63,656 nucleotides of DNA, filler included, from Globobulimina sp. (GCA_003354225.1; 32 parts of 32 records of this genome joined end to end with filler, not necessarily neighbours in it), one strand, 5' to 3'. Counted from the whole stretch's first letter, positions 33,979-47,831 are shown. The notes: generated by a model from the letters alone, not told the origin. Made by a program: numbers and translations.

Positions 33979-35590
33979 TTATGGTAACCATCGTGGAACA
34001 GATGAATATGGTTCAATTGGTTGATCACGTTGTAATTCCAAAGAAGTAAGATATGAATTACTCGCTTTCTCATATAATTTTTGCTGTTCTTGTATTTGTG
34101 CTAAGATGGACCATGCCTTATAATGATATGCATTGATTTTAAGCGCTTTGTCCAAATAAGATTTACTATCTAACAACTTATTATTTAATAAATATATCCT
34201 CGACTGTCCACACAGCGAATTATAATGATGTGAATTGTATGAAATCGATGTCTTATAATGCGACAAAGCCAAATCAAATTGATTCAATGATTCCACACAT
34301 TCCCCCAATTTACAATAAATATCTGACAATATAACATTCGATTTCGTGCAACTACCAAAGAATTGCAATGCAAACTCCATGCAATGAAAGGCATATTTAT
34401 TCGCTGTCACATTCTCCTGCAAATAAAAGGAAGTTAATGTTAATATAAATTCCAACCGCAACAACAACAATGAATACTGACTATGCTTATTCTTCTGATT
34501 ATTATTATACGTAATTGTAATTAGCTGATCATTCTTATTCGAAATGGGCTGAAACAAAGGACACAATTTATGCGAATTTGGTAACTTCGTCATTTTGTAA
34601 AATTTATCATTAAACTCCAATAACTTACACAACTCATTAAAGATCTGCAGCGGCGACGATATCCGATTCTGTTTCATCAATATTTTAATTTTGGTCAACT
34701 TCAATTTATATTTGTAATAAATCCGATGATACGATGTATTTTTTCCTGTCCCAGTGATGAACTCACAATATCGCAGTGATTGATCAATGGCACGATATGA
34801 TTCCATCCATTTCCTCTTAGACGACAACAACAATGACAATAAATGCCACGATTCGCTATGAAACGGATGCAAATTCTGCAGCAATGAGCGAATATCATCC
34901 AATGAACCGTCAATATCTCCCAAATCCGCACGACACGACGCCAAATTAAACACAATCGATTGGTTCCGTGGCGACAATATACACGCTCTAATTATGCTTT
35001 TCATAGCTAACTTATGCAAAGACTTCACATCTTCGAAACTGTTGACTTGGCCGCTGCTGTTTGCTGACTCGCTGCAAGCAATGGAAAACAACAAATATGC
35101 GGTGCTGCGTTGATCCACCAACATATAATTAGCATTCTTTGCATTTACATGCGCCAAATATTGCTTATCTAAGCTCAATCGGACAGCGCCTCGACTGTAG
35201 CTCAACGCAGACTTGTTATCCTTGAGCAAAATGGAGGACCGTGCTGCTAATAAACAGGCACTTAAAATGAAATGATGTCGCAATATCTTATCATTGCCGC
35301 CATTTTCGCCCACCGCAACCGTATCGTTTTGCAGTGCATGATGGCAAGCTCGAATGCATTCGTTCAATTCGGTGTTGCCATACAATGCCAATCCATATTT
35401 ATACCAACGGGAACAATCAATTTGTTTCTCGTTCAATGAGCGCAATATACATTTACTCAACGGGTAGAACTCGTGTCTTATGGATAAGAGTATGGTGAGA
35501 AACAGCAAAGACATCAGGTTCTGTCCTTCAATCTGCTCCGTCTCGTCGTCAGCCAATATATATTTGGTGTTGACAATGGCGATGACAGCT
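33979..35590 (-). CDS. TPR protein, TTC7/YPP1-like C-terminal half; 5' truncated
   Basis: SWHLLSLLLSSKRK, ALKINAYHYKAWSILA, SLELQRDQPIEPYSSVPRWL. Confidence 0.75.
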
Positions 35591-35595
35591 GCCCC

Positions 35596-35782
35596 TTGGT
35601 ACCTAATGGACTAGAGCGCGGTACCTGCTATAATTATTCGTACCATATCGTTGGGGGGGTCTGTGAAGTCCCTGCAGATTGTGATGAGGATTTTAGCAGT
35701 GGTTTCTATTACTGTCAAACGTGGCAGGAGAATGATTGGGATAGTGACGGTGTCGTGGAGGTCTGCGATAACTGCCCCAATG
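35596..35782 (+). CDS. Thrombospondin type-3 repeat fragment, probably bacterial (chimeric)
   Basis: QENDWDSDGVVEVCDNCPN; abrupt junction with the TPR gene. Confidence 0.55.
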
Positions 35783-36077
35783 NNNNNNNNNNNNNNNNNN
35801 NNNNNNNNNNNNNNNNNNNNNNNNNNTTAATTAATTAANNNNNNNNNNNNNNNNNNNNNNNNNNNNNNNNNNNNNNNNNNNNGTACATATATATAATGTA
35901 AAAACAGTATATTGATAAATAACAAACTTGTTTGTCCATTGATTGCAAAAGGTTTCATTGAACCTAAAAATAAACACCATCCGTGATGCGGTAAATGACC
36001 AGTAATTAAATTATGTAAATGATCGGTACCATGACACGAATGGAATATAGCATCGCAAATGGATATAAATACTGGTA

Positions 36078-36473
36078 ATGTTGGTCGAAGAGTTGGTGGC
36101 TGAAAATAGTAAATTAAAGGAGGAATTAGTTGGTAAGAGGGAATTGAATAAAGTGAAACGATTAAATAGGAATATTGATGCGAGCAATTATTTGAATTGG
36201 ACAGGGGATGAGATTGTTGATTGGATATTAAGTTTAGATGAAGGACAATATGAAGAATACGACGATAAAATTCGAGTTAAATTTATGGAAGAAAGTGTCG
36301 ATGGAAATGCAATTTCGTATATTAATGCATCAGAATTAAAAGGTTGGGGTGTTTTGAATTTTATGGATAGAATAAATTTATGTCAACACTTTCAGCAATT
36401 AACCAAACAAAATGAGCATAATGAAGGTAATAAAGATAATATTGCAGCTGATACTGCTTATATAGATAAATAA
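36078..36473 (+). CDS. Coiled-coil plus SAM domain, C-terminal fragment
   Basis: WTGDEIVDWILSL..ESVDGNAI..ELKGWGVLNFMDR. Confidence 0.75.
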   Translation: MLVEELVAENSKLKEELVGKRELNKVKRLNRNIDASNYLNWTGDEIVDWILSLDEGQYEEYDDKIRVKFMEESVDGNAISYINASELKGWGVLNFMDRINLCQHFQQLTKQNEHNEGNKDNIAADTAYIDK

Positions 36474-36745
36474 TAAACTTGTTTGTCCATTGTAATTGAT
36501 GTGTTTTCACTGTTTGGATAGTTTGAAGAACGATGAACGATATATCCCATAGTATAACCACCCTCCATTGGTATACATTTAATTTATTCAATTTAATATT
36601 GAATTCTCATCATAAAAACCCAGATATTTTGAACAAGCTGTTTTTAATCTAACAATATCACACACCTCTGGGCAATAAGTTGTATACATTATTTGGTTCA
36701 GTTCTATCGTTCACAGCAAACACAAACACAATAAATAAGCACATG

Positions 36746-37774
36746 TTAATTAAAATAGTCATCAGTTGTATACTCCGTTACATTTAATGTAAATGGCCAT
36801 TTCTTTCGAATAAAATCAATTGTTTTGAAATGATTTATTATCAAATTCAAACATTCTGTTCGATACAAAGAGCGATATGGCTGCTGAGTTAATCGTTTAT
36901 CAGTTTTTTTTTGCAATTTGCTTACATTGTGACTGAATAAATCGATATCCGTTCCATGATTAAACAAATCTATATCCATTAAATTGGATAATTCATTCGA
37001 CGCAGAAGCATTATAATACGCCAACACTTTTTTATTTTGAAATAAATAATTGAGCGTAATACAAAGTGCAATATCATCGCAATGCGCACTTTGTTGGTCA
37101 ATAATTGTTTGTAATTTATATAATCTGAAGGTATATTGAATGTATTTAAACAAATAAGTTGGTAAAACCATGGAAGTCGGTAAACCCATATTAAATTTCA
37201 ACGGGTTATGCCTAGCGTCCATTCCTTGTTGATATGAATAAAAAAACTGATAATTCAATTTACGATAATATTTGTAACCAAAAAATATTTGATTGAATTT
37301 TAATTTTTTTTTAATTACATCAAAGTTATGGCGATGATCCTTCTTTTTATTATGGACAAAGAACCTCCTTTTCAGTGACACAATTATTTTGGTATCGTTT
37401 TGTTTATTTAATGTACGAAATACATTCAACAAACTGTTTAAATATTTTTTCGATATAATAAAGTCATCATCGCTTATGGTCACAGACACTGTCTTAAAAA
37501 TATCAGATACCATCCATCTGTTTGATAAACTGTTTGTTTTTGCATTTATAAAGTTAATATTTATATATTTATCCACTTTCTCTATTTCTAATTGTTTGTT
37601 ACATAAATTTAAGTCATGTTTCTTGTTTTGAATGTTAATTATTTCTGCTGTCACTAAATTATCATAAAAAGTGTTATTTTTTGAATTCCAAACAACGATA
37701 ATTTCATAAATTAAACTAATTTCAACTAATTCCAAATCCAAACAATAAAATTCAATGATTTTTAATAAATCGAA
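36746..37774 (-). CDS. GT64 (exostosin/EXTL2-like) glycosyltransferase, 5' partial
   Basis: IIVVWNS, NSLSNRW, ISDDD, CDDIAL, RTECLN. Confidence 0.7.
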   Translation of the reverse strand, partial: FDLLKIIEFYCLDLELVEISLIYEIIVVWNSKNNTFYDNLVTAEIINIQNKKHDLNLCNKQLEIEKVDKYININFINAKTNSLSNRWMVSDIFKTVSVTISDDDFIISKKYLNSLLNVFRTLNKQNDTKIIVSLKRRFFVHNKKKDHRHNFDVIKKKLKFNQIFFGYKYYRKLNYQFFYSYQQGMDARHNPLKFNMGLPTSMVLPTYLFKYIQYTFRLYKLQTIIDQQSAHCDDIALCITLNYLFQNKKVLAYYNASASNELSNLMDIDLFNHGTDIDLFSHNVSKLQKKTDKRLTQQPYRSLYRTECLNLIINHFKTIDFIRKKWPFTLNVTEYTTDDYFN

Positions 37775-40063
37775 NNNNNNNNNNNNNNNNNNNNNNNNNN
37801 NNNNNNNNNNNNNNNNNNTTAATTAATTAANNNNNNNNNNNNNNNNNNNNNNNNNNNNNNNNNNNNNNNNNNNNTCACAGCATACTACCCAGCTAAATAG
37901 TCAACGTACATTACGACTTTAGCGACAAAAAGGTTGTAATACAAATAATTTTCAAGAAAACTTATGAATTCTTTCAATTTTGCACTGTAATTACTTAAAA
38001 TCCGTTATTAATTTTCTACATAAAAAAACGAATTTCAATCAAGATTCTGAATTACAAGAATTCATAAAAGTTTACTTCTGAAGTGTTAGACTCGCCAAAG
38101 AAGTAGAAAATTCATCATTTCATTTCATTGCACATAGAGCGTTTCAACCGAAGTGGAGGGGAAAGATGACTATTTAGTCAAAGTATCCGATCTGTTTAAA
38201 AGTGCAACTAAACGTCTAAGAAACAATGGATCACACCGGATCGAATGGTCTCAACTATAGGACATCGAACTTGAAATTGACAAAGTCGATATATGTATGT
38301 CTCCCGAGCTACTCAACTTGAAAAAGACAGAAATCTGCTAGTTGTAAGCTGAGAAATTAGTGAAACTAAATATTTTCTGCCAAACTGACTCAAATTTAAT
38401 GGATCATCACATTACAGACATGTTAACCTTGGTGTAACCACTTATCAAAATCTCGCATTGTCAGTGTTCTGTCGGACTTGAGCACCAGTGCAACCCATGG
38501 TCGTTTTGAGTCAGCAGGGATTCTGCGGTTGGCAGGGAGTGAGTCCTGGTTTATATAATCAAAATCCTCTGTATTAAACATGAGTTGGTTTTGCAAAAGT
38601 GGTTCGTTTGTATTGAATCCAGTACCACATACTTTCAGAACTTGCTCGCGTTCTGCATTGGTTAGCTGTTTCACCTTATCACCGAACAGCATGGGTAAAC
38701 TTAGTTGAAATATGCTATTTCTGTGTGTACTGTATGTTGGAGTACTGTATCTTTTTAGCATTTATATATTTAGTTGTTGAACATACTTTAACGTTTGTTT
38801 ATGCTCTGCGCCTTTTTGCAGTTGCTTACTTGTTAGTGTGAGCTATAATGCACCGTGCATCGATTCTTTCTTTTATTTTCGTTGATATTGTTTTGACACT
38901 TATTCTTGCCGTGCGTAAATGTTACGCGTTTATTCTGTTGGTCTCGATCAGGGGGGGGGGCCCAACTGGCATATATGGCCAAAATATGCGATGTCCCAGC
39001 TAGCCTCAAAAGTTCTCCTGCTCCAACCAACTGGACTAGGGGAATGAAACTTAGTATGTGGGTAGGGGTAACACTTGACTATATACCACAACCCACTAAC
39101 CCACATAGCTTACCCCCAGGGCTGTGCGACAATCGAAAGTTGAAAATTACTCCGGGGTCAATTTTTGGCACCTTTTTCAAACATGCGCCATTCCTCAGTA
39201 AATCATTCTAGAGACACAGGACTAGCACCATTCGCTTCCTTAGGACCTCAGCTTTCGGATAAAAAAAACATTTGGCCATAACGAAGTTTTTTTGGCAAAG
39301 TTACACTTGTTGGCGTTTTCGCTCAAAAATCACTTTTTTTTGCGACGTCGATTTTTCACAAAATTTGACACAACTGGCCGAAAAATGGTTCAAATTCGTC
39401 CAAAAAACTCTCAAAATAATCCTCTCAACCTAAGCTATCCATTGGTATACAAACGAGTCCAATTGAATTTATATTGAGCCAAAAATGAACATTTGTTCAC
39501 TACCAGGCAATAAAATTGAAGGTACGTGCTTGTGTTCGAACGTCGCTTACGCGGAAACTAAGCCTCAGATCAAAAAACAAAACTACACCGAATGTAGGCC
39601 ATGAAAAGGGCTACAAAATCATATATTACTTATTATCGGGAAAAAAATTTTTGGCCCCGTCCAAACGCGATGTTTGTCAAAAAATCGTGTTTTTAATGAT
39701 TTTTAGCCATTTTTTGACCAATTACATTTCAAAATTCATTGATACAGTCCTGAAATGACTGGAAAANNNNNNNNNNNNNNNNNNNNNNNNNNNNNNNNNN
39801 NNNNNNNNNNTTAATTAATTAANNNNNNNNNNNNNNNNNNNNNNNNNNNNNNNNNNNNNNNNNNNNATGTAACAAATATCTTTGTATCAGTTATTAAAAA
39901 AATGGATCAGAATGCAATCAATAAAGCTCCAGCAGTATATATCCCTGGATCGTGTCCTCAATACTCGTCATTGAACAGAAGGACTTGACCAAAGCAGATT
40001 TGTGATGTATGAAGATCACTGATAGTGATAGGCATCTAATCAGCACACTATTAATAACTCTTT

Positions 40064-40560
40064 CGTCATTTTGCTTGCAATTGACTTGTGCGTTGTTGTA
40101 TTGTGTATGAATTGTAGTGAATTTGAAACAAGTTTCAAATTACAATTTTTTGCGGAGAATAGTAAAATTCCCCTGTCTGTATATATGCAATCAACACCAA
40201 TGCCATAATGTAGTACTAGATTTTAATTTTTTTTGTTTATTGATATTATATACTGCTATAAAACAGAGAGAGGGACGTCACCTAAGGCATGTCAGCATTG
40301 ACTTGGAAAAATATTCTGTATAATAAAGTGATTGAAACGTATTGTCACAGCTTATCTTCTTGTATTGGATTATTTGGATATAGCATTAATAGCAACATAA
40401 TTTGTTATATTACACCATAACAAAAAGTATTCAAACGTGTGATCAACTTTAATTTTCAAAAAGTGAATTGAAGTCTCTCCTTTTAGAACCTATCGATATC
40501 TGATGAGTACAATTAATATCCATACACAATACAACAACGCACAAGTCAAGCAAAATGACG
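40064..40560. mobile_element. ~500-bp element bounded by long inverted repeats (MITE-like)
   Basis: Perfect 29-bp IR 40081-40109 / 40521-40549, extending imperfectly to ~50 bp. Confidence 0.6.
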
Positions 40561-42880
40561 TCACTGATGAAGGTTGTTCTCCGATGTCCTTGAAAAGAGA
40601 AAGTTTTTTATACGGTGTGAAATTCGCAGTTTACTGACTAATTAGACGGTGTGAAATTCGCAGTTCAATTCTTAACTTAATTAAACGTTCAATTCTTAAC
40701 TTATTAAAACGTAATATCCAGCGGTGATTATGTTAAGACAAGAGCGAAACAGTCAAGGTTTTGTTATCTTTGACATGATGTTCAATATTATACATAATTC
40801 AATTACAATATCATTTTATTTATTTCAGCTGTAATCGCTTTTGCTGTAATTGCTTTTGCTGCTATGACATTTTATTTCTTTTTTGGACAAACAGGTGGTA
40901 GCGTTAATATTGGTGGTAGTGTGATTTCAGCAGTGCCTATTATCGGGATACATATTGGGTGTACTACGATTTCAGTCGGTATTAATTCTATTATTATTAC
41001 TGCAGCACTAGCAATTATTGTTTTAATTTTTTTAGTGATAGCATATAGTTTTTGGAATAAATAATTATTGTATTACAGAAACAAAACATTTTATTATTCA
41101 GATTGGATGCTAAATATCATTATATTGACATTATAACAATATGGTGCGTTGGATTGATATTTATTGTGATCCATTTCAATAATAATTAAACTAAATTCAA
41201 ATAATTTTATATCTGATGGTATGCGATCACCATGCTATTATAATCACATCCTTGCACACGAATGAATGAATGAATGAAAGCAATTGGAGACATATTTTCC
41301 TCTTCCAAACTTTTATAATTATCAAAAACCTAATATGATTTTGACAATTAGTATAAACCCACCAACAAATAATATGTCATTTGTATTATAACCACGAAAT
41401 GTAAATTTGTTTTATATTGTGTTTCTCTACAAAATATATCTTGCGAGAATATAGTCGAGATTATAGTGCGAATTATTTGAATCTCTAATTGCTAATATCA
41501 CTGAGCTTTCGGCTAACGTAAAGAAGCCATTGTCAAAGTGTTTAATTGAAAAGTTATTTATGTTCCAATCACAAAAACTTACACTACTTAATACAATAGG
41601 CATTTTTGCTTTATCGTAAAAATCTGTTTTTAAACAGAAAAAATCAGTTTTTTCCCTTAGAAAATAGATTTTTACGATAAAGCAAAAATGCCTAATCATA
41701 GCTTGGTTAAATTCTAAATTTAAATCCAAATTTGTATCATTGATATGATGAATTAATGNNNNNNNNNNNNNNNNNNNNNNNNNNNNNNNNNNNNNNNNNN
41801 NNTTAATTAATTAANNNNNNNNNNNNNNNNNNNNNNNNNNNNNNNNNNNNNNNNNNNNTAGACGAAATTCATTAATGAGAATCATATTTAGGATCGCCAA
41901 TCTAAAAGACAAGTGTAGACATTGGAGACATGAAATGTAACGGTCTCGAAAATCACTTAGTTGAGCATAGTCAATTCAAATAAAATTCATACTTTTCTCA
42001 AATTTAAGTTTGCTTCACTTTACATCTTTTAAGTAAAAATTGAGCATACATCCCGTTGTGTTGCTGCAACATCAGCTTGTACTGGTACAGACCGTGTGAT
42101 GTGGGCAGATTTGGACATTTATTTTCGGTCATTTTGTGATTATTTGGAAATTATTAGTGCTGTTGTTATCATCATTTATACTCTATTTTTGTGTTATTTC
42201 CATCGATATTGGGTTAAATTCTTATTTGGAAGAAATTCCGACGTGGACAAATTAATTGATTAAAATAACAAATACAACTCTAATCATATCATATCATATT
42301 ATATTCGAATTCAAATACAACTCCACCACAAACTGTTATTAATTTTAGTGCTGTGGATAACTCCGCTATGCCCAAAAAAGCAAAAACAAAGTTAACAAAC
42401 AGGTATTTGCTTCGTCAACACTGGAAAACAGACAAATTAATACTTTTTTGATCCACCTAATTACTCATATACAGCATACTGAGCATAGCAATAAATATTA
42501 TAAATTAGAGTGCATTGTATTGGATTGATTGGAAAACATAATTTTTAAGAATTAATTCGTAATCAAATCAAATCAAATGTTGAAATCAAATATAAAAAAT
42601 CAAATTGTTTAAAATTGCAATTTCGTATGGGTTGGGTTACAATTTCATTGTTTTTTTTGTTTTTTTTTGAATCAAATTTGTTGTGTTTCGTTGTGTTTCG
42701 TTGTGTTATGTTTAACTGTAAATTTGTAATCAGTGTTTTTTTGGTTTTGCGACATTGAATGCATTATTTTTTATTTTTTTTGATGATTATTGCTTATGGA
42801 ACACTTGCACACAACAGTAACGCCAACACAATTAAAACTGACGAAATCAAAGTGTTGCTTTTTAACGCAAAATCGCATAA

Positions 42881-43546
42881 TTATTTTGCATTATAAACAA
42901 CGTCGATTAACCAATCCAATCCCTCAGTGATCCCTTCACCATTCTTAGCAGAACATGCTTGAAAACGCATATCAATATCATCAAATCCTTTCAGTTGCAA
43001 CATAGCTTCGAGGTCAAATGGATTTATTGCATTATTTACATCCTGTTTGTTTGCATAAATTAAATAACATTTACAGTCTGATAATAATGGCTCATCCAAG
43101 AGCTTTATTAGTTCATTTCTACAATTTGGGTTTTCCTCGGTGATCCTATTTATGTCAACACAATCAATCACAAATATTATAGCTCGGGTTCCATGATAAT
43201 AATGCTCCCACAGTGCTATATATTTTATATCTGATATGTATACATTAATGTTATTTAATGTTTCTAACTTCTCGTTTGATCCTGGCCGCCTAGATCGTAT
43301 ACAATTAATTGGCGACCACCATATTTTAAACGTTCTACGTTGAATCCAACCGTTGGGAAAGTTAGTGTGGCATTTTCACCCCGCATTACTATATATATAA
43401 TGATTATAGCTTTCATATGTTTTATCATTGCATATACTCAGTATAATGTATTACTTATTACCAGATAAAGTAGTTGTTTTACCAGCATTGTCCAACCCAA
43501 GCATTAATACACGATCCGGTTCCTGTTTACTGGATAGACAACCCAT
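42881..43546 (-). CDS. Arf/Arl-family small GTPase, two introns
   Basis: MGCLSS, LMLGLDNAGKTT, PTVGFNVE, YDLGGQ, LWEHYY, ANKQD, CSAKNGEG..GLDWL. Confidence 0.9.
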
Positions 43547-43849
43547 CGTTGTAATGACACAGTAAAAGCCAAAGTTTTTCCTATAGTTAGAACAATGCGC
43601 TTGCCTCTCATGCCATATTTAATAAAGAGCGCATCCGGTTTTCAGCGTCAGATTTTTATTGTTTCTGAGAAACGAAGGCAAACCTATATTATTTTTACCT
43701 TTATCAGTCACCAGAAACAGTTCGCTTATACCTTACCCCAATAAAAATCNNNNNNNNNNNNNNNNNNNNNNNNNNNNNNNNNNNNNNNNNNNNTTAATTA
43801 ATTAANNNNNNNNNNNNNNNNNNNNNNNNNNNNNNNNNNNNNNNNNNNN

Positions 43850-45424
43850 TTTTCTCGGCATCTTCGGGGGAGGAGGTGTTTAATAATAGTCTTTTGGCTA
43901 AATCTTTTTTATAAAATGCTTGAAATACATCCTTGCCGTGAACGAATCGAAAAATATCCATAACGCGATCCAATGTGTCTTCTAATTCTGACTCGGAGGT
44001 ACCACGCGCACCGGTTTGCAATTGATGGTCAATGAACTGTTATTTTGTTATAGTACAATGAGCGGAGTCGAGTGCAAGGATAAGATATAAAAATAGAAGT
44101 TATATAACATACTTTCGCCATTAGTTCAGCGGGTTTATTCTGTCTTTGATTAATGAAATATTCCCACGATTTTCGAATAATATTTCGAAAATCGGGATTT
44201 CTATCAAATGATTGGGAGATGATGGTATCTAATTTTTTTTTAAATATTAACAATTTGGGAATCATATCTTTATCATTATTATCATTTATATTCTTAACAA
44301 TAGCAAGACCGCGATTGGATGAGTAGGCACTAAAATACTTCTTTAATGGCGACAATTTATTTACATTTACAAATAATTTGTATAAATGGCGTAAATCAGT
44401 GATTAATATCTTATCACACATCAAATCAAAGCCTTTTTCTAATAATTTATGGCAATGTTTATTTATCATTTGCTGCTCGATAGAGAGGGATAAATATCGT
44501 TGCGTCTTATTATCCAAATAAGAAACACATCGGTCGTGCTCTGAAGATAATGATCTCATTACAATGTTTAAATAATCACACACTGTTAATTCAGATATTA
44601 ATTTATTGCCTAAATTCAAATAATATCTATTTGTTTCGTCAATTAATTGTTTCTCAAACACTGATTTATAAATATTTAAATGCGCTATCATGACAATGCA
44701 GGTTTTAATTAATATTTTATCAATCTCTTCGCCATTCCTTTCAGATTCAATCTTGATTAAAATCTGTTTAATAACAATATGTATTGTGTTGTTATTGATG
44801 GCCGGAGATAATATATGCTTTTTCAATAAATTAATACCCATTTTCCATAACGATTTAGTGTCAGTTTCCTGCCGAACATAGGTCCTATCCAACATTAAGA
44901 ATACCTGTCTTATCGCATGCATCTCTGCTCTGTGATTATCCCAAATGGAACACAAATTATTTAATAACTCGTCCGTATTATGGCTATTACTGTTATTGCT
45001 ACATTCATTTAATTTATTTACTTGATATGCAATGTGTTGGTCACATAAAAGATGTAATTTGTCATATATTAAACCACCTTTTTTTAATGAGCATAGTGAG
45101 GAACACGACCTATATAACTCCTCAAAGGAACAGCTGCCACCTCTTTTATTATGGATATCATTGATGGCTCTCATCAATTTATCAATGGTCTCTTTTTCAT
45201 AGCACGTAGATAATTTAGGTGAAACTGCGAATTTCTTAATTGTCATTTTTTTGACATTTCTTTTTTTTTTATTGTTGCGGCGCGATACGCTCTTCATCCT
45301 ATTGTTATTATTGTTGATTTTTCGTCTCTTTTTGGCTGGTCCCTCAATCTCTGCTGAATAGACACAAAGGTAACACAAAAAAACAAGTCTCAAATAATAA
45401 TGAACTTGTGGTGGAGTGCGACAT
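43850..45424 (-). CDS. CUL4: Cullin-4; introns 45354-45405 and ~44037-44112; 3' partial
   Basis: SFEELY, IRQVFLMLDRTYV, IESERNGE, FINQRQNKPAELMAK, FRFVHGKDVFQAFYKKDLAKRLL. Confidence 0.9.
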
Positions 45425-46102
45425 CACAGTGTCAAACTTGCGTTTTTTGGATATTCTATTTCTATGCATAATTTTTATGTATTTTTTTTGCAAAAAAAAG
45501 TGTGAAAAGAAGTGGAATTGTACCCCGTATTTGTACGGAAAGTTGAGCCTATCGAAAACTTTTAACTGCCATTGTGATAATAGTATTTATTTGCTTTGTT
45601 TATAATGGCAACTGGCACTGAAACTAACGGCGCTGAATTTAAACAGACTTCAAGCTTCCTGTATGGAGCAGTTCTTGGCGAATCAACCGTAGAGATGGCA
45701 AATGTGGTTGATTCCTTACAAGCAGCTGTTAATGAAACAANNNNNNNNNNNNNNNNNNNNNNNNNNNNNNNNNNNNNNNNNNNNTTAATTAATTAANNNN
45801 NNNNNNNNNNNNNNNNNNNNNNNNNNNNNNNNNNNNNNNNCAATACAGAACGATATCACTCCACAAATACCAATCGATATTAAAATATTAAAAACACCAA
45901 ATATTAAAACCATTCATCCGCGCAATTCATTCCGAATGGGCACTTCTTTATTTTATTGTTCTGTATGTTTACACTTTATACAATATTTCAAACCCGTTTC
46001 TACCTTCGGGTTTAGTCAAACATTTTTCATAGTGCTAGTGCTAGTGCTTAGTGCAAGGATGTACTTCAAAGTCAAGTAAAGTTTTAATGTTTTTTGTGAC
46101 AG

Positions 46103-47356
46103 GATGAAGAACGCTTATTTTGGTCCTTTCCACTACGAAACACTCGTCGCGTGTCATGCCAACATTATTGTTGCGCAGTGTCCAAAATTGTCACTCGATC
46201 CGTCGGCATTCATTCCAATAAATGCAATGGCAATCATTCTGAACACACGCCATGTATTTATGCCGTATGTAATGGCAAACCACCAAAAGGAATTATCCCT
46301 GCAAAGCTATTTGCAAACTATCAATATTTTCAACATTCTGCAAAAACTGAACTGTTAGTACCCAAAGACCCAAATGACGAAAAATTTAAAAAAGTGCCAA
46401 ATACAAATACTAATTCCACCATGTATCAAAACATAAAAGTAATTCCTTTACATAATACCGCCACTGGTCCACCACCATTATCTCCAATGGATGACAGCAT
46501 GAATAGTTATAACAGCATCAAACATAAATATATACAAAATAAAACCCAACCAATTCAAATAAAGCAAGAAAATTGTGGCAACATCAAAGAAATGCAAATA
46601 GATCCAATAAAATCTGAAACGGATTCAAAACGTCGACGAGCGCAAACAACCAATAATAATAAAAACCCGTTTCAACAAAATGTACAAATTGATCTAAAAG
46701 CGTTATCTGAAAAAAAACAGAAACTCCGAGCCACTGTTTCACAGATTACATCATCGAGTTCCACCAATACAGAGCCAGAATCGCACGATTATTCTGAACT
46801 ATTATTACATTCCACCTCCTCTGTGCTACGCGATGCTGATGAGCCTGGAACAGGAACAGGAACAGGAACTGGAATGCGTACAGAACCAGTTTCCAATCGA
46901 AAAAAATGCAAACAGTTATTAATGAGTGGCGGATTTGACGAAGTTATATCATTTTTAAAGCCATTAATTCCGCCACAAGATTTCCCTGGTTTCCCTGCAG
47001 CAAAATGCAAATCGAGTTCGAGGAAAAAAAAACAGGAAACCAGCGGCAACAAAAAATTAAATGAGTGCAGATTATTAATGGCGACAGCGTTGTATTACAG
47101 GGACTATGTCGGAAACGGAGAGAATGACAGTTCCGCTGCCTTACATTTCTGTAATTTGATCGTTTCAAATTGCACGAAAAACGAAGGGGATACGCAATAT
47201 TATGAAGCGCGTAAAATCCGCGGGTTGATACATAAAAAACTGAGGAATTATAAAGCCGCGGTGCATGATTTTGAGTTTATTTGTTATAACAATCCGTATC
47301 ACAAAACGTGGAGAGATCAGCTGTATGCACATTTTGGACTGAGCTATATGTTCTAG
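46103..47356 (+). CDS. Hypothetical protein with Cys/His-rich N-terminal region and C-terminal TPR-like segment; 3' end probably chimeric
   Basis: CQHYCC..CNGNH..C..C; RGLIHKKLRNYKAAVHDFE; exon start after an AG acceptor near 46102. Confidence 0.5.
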   Translation, partial: DEERLFWSFPLRNTRRVSCQHYCCAVSKIVTRSVGIHSNKCNGNHSEHTPCIYAVCNGKPPKGIIPAKLFANYQYFQHSAKTELLVPKDPNDEKFKKVPNTNTNSTMYQNIKVIPLHNTATGPPPLSPMDDSMNSYNSIKHKYIQNKTQPIQIKQENCGNIKEMQIDPIKSETDSKRRRAQTTNNNKNPFQQNVQIDLKALSEKKQKLRATVSQITSSSSTNTEPESHDYSELLLHSTSSVLRDADEPGTGTGTGTGMRTEPVSNRKKCKQLLMSGGFDEVISFLKPLIPPQDFPGFPAAKCKSSSRKKKQETSGNKKLNECRLLMATALYYRDYVGNGENDSSAALHFCNLIVSNCTKNEGDTQYYEARKIRGLIHKKLRNYKAAVHDFEFICYNNPYHKTWRDQLYAHFGLSYMF

Positions 47357-47488
47357 GGAGCCTCGTAGGGTGACCGACTGCAAGATACTGGCTACTTGCC
47401 TGTACGCAAATACCTGTCTAAGCTGCCGTTACCGACAACTCATTAGCCTAGACAGTAAATGAAATTAAAACATCAGAGGATACAGAGT

Positions 47489-47731
47489 ATGTCTCTCTCA
47501 ATTATTTCAAGTAAACCCGCTTCCAACAAAACAATTTCCGCACTCTTGATGGTTGTTTTTTTGACGGCATGCAGCTCTCAGCCCAAAATACAATCTGGTG
47601 AAAATGCCGAAGTAATCGGGGGAAACCTGCACAAAGTAGACAACACTAAGGTTGCCGCCGCATTTGTGGATCCTGACGCCGACTTTTCTCGCTACCGGAA
47701 GATCCTTCTGGTTCCTCTAGGGCTCTCATGG
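47489..47731 (+). CDS. Bacterial lipoprotein fragment (DUF3313-like)
   Basis: SD-like AGAGGA upstream; lipobox LTAC; AFVDPDADFSRYRKILLVP. Confidence 0.65.
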
Positions 47732-47831
47732 NNNNNNNNNNNNNNNNNNNNNNNNNNNNNNNNNNNNNNNNNNNNTTAATTAATTAANNNNNNNNNNNNN
47801 NNNNNNNNNNNNNNNNNNNNNNNNNNNNNNN

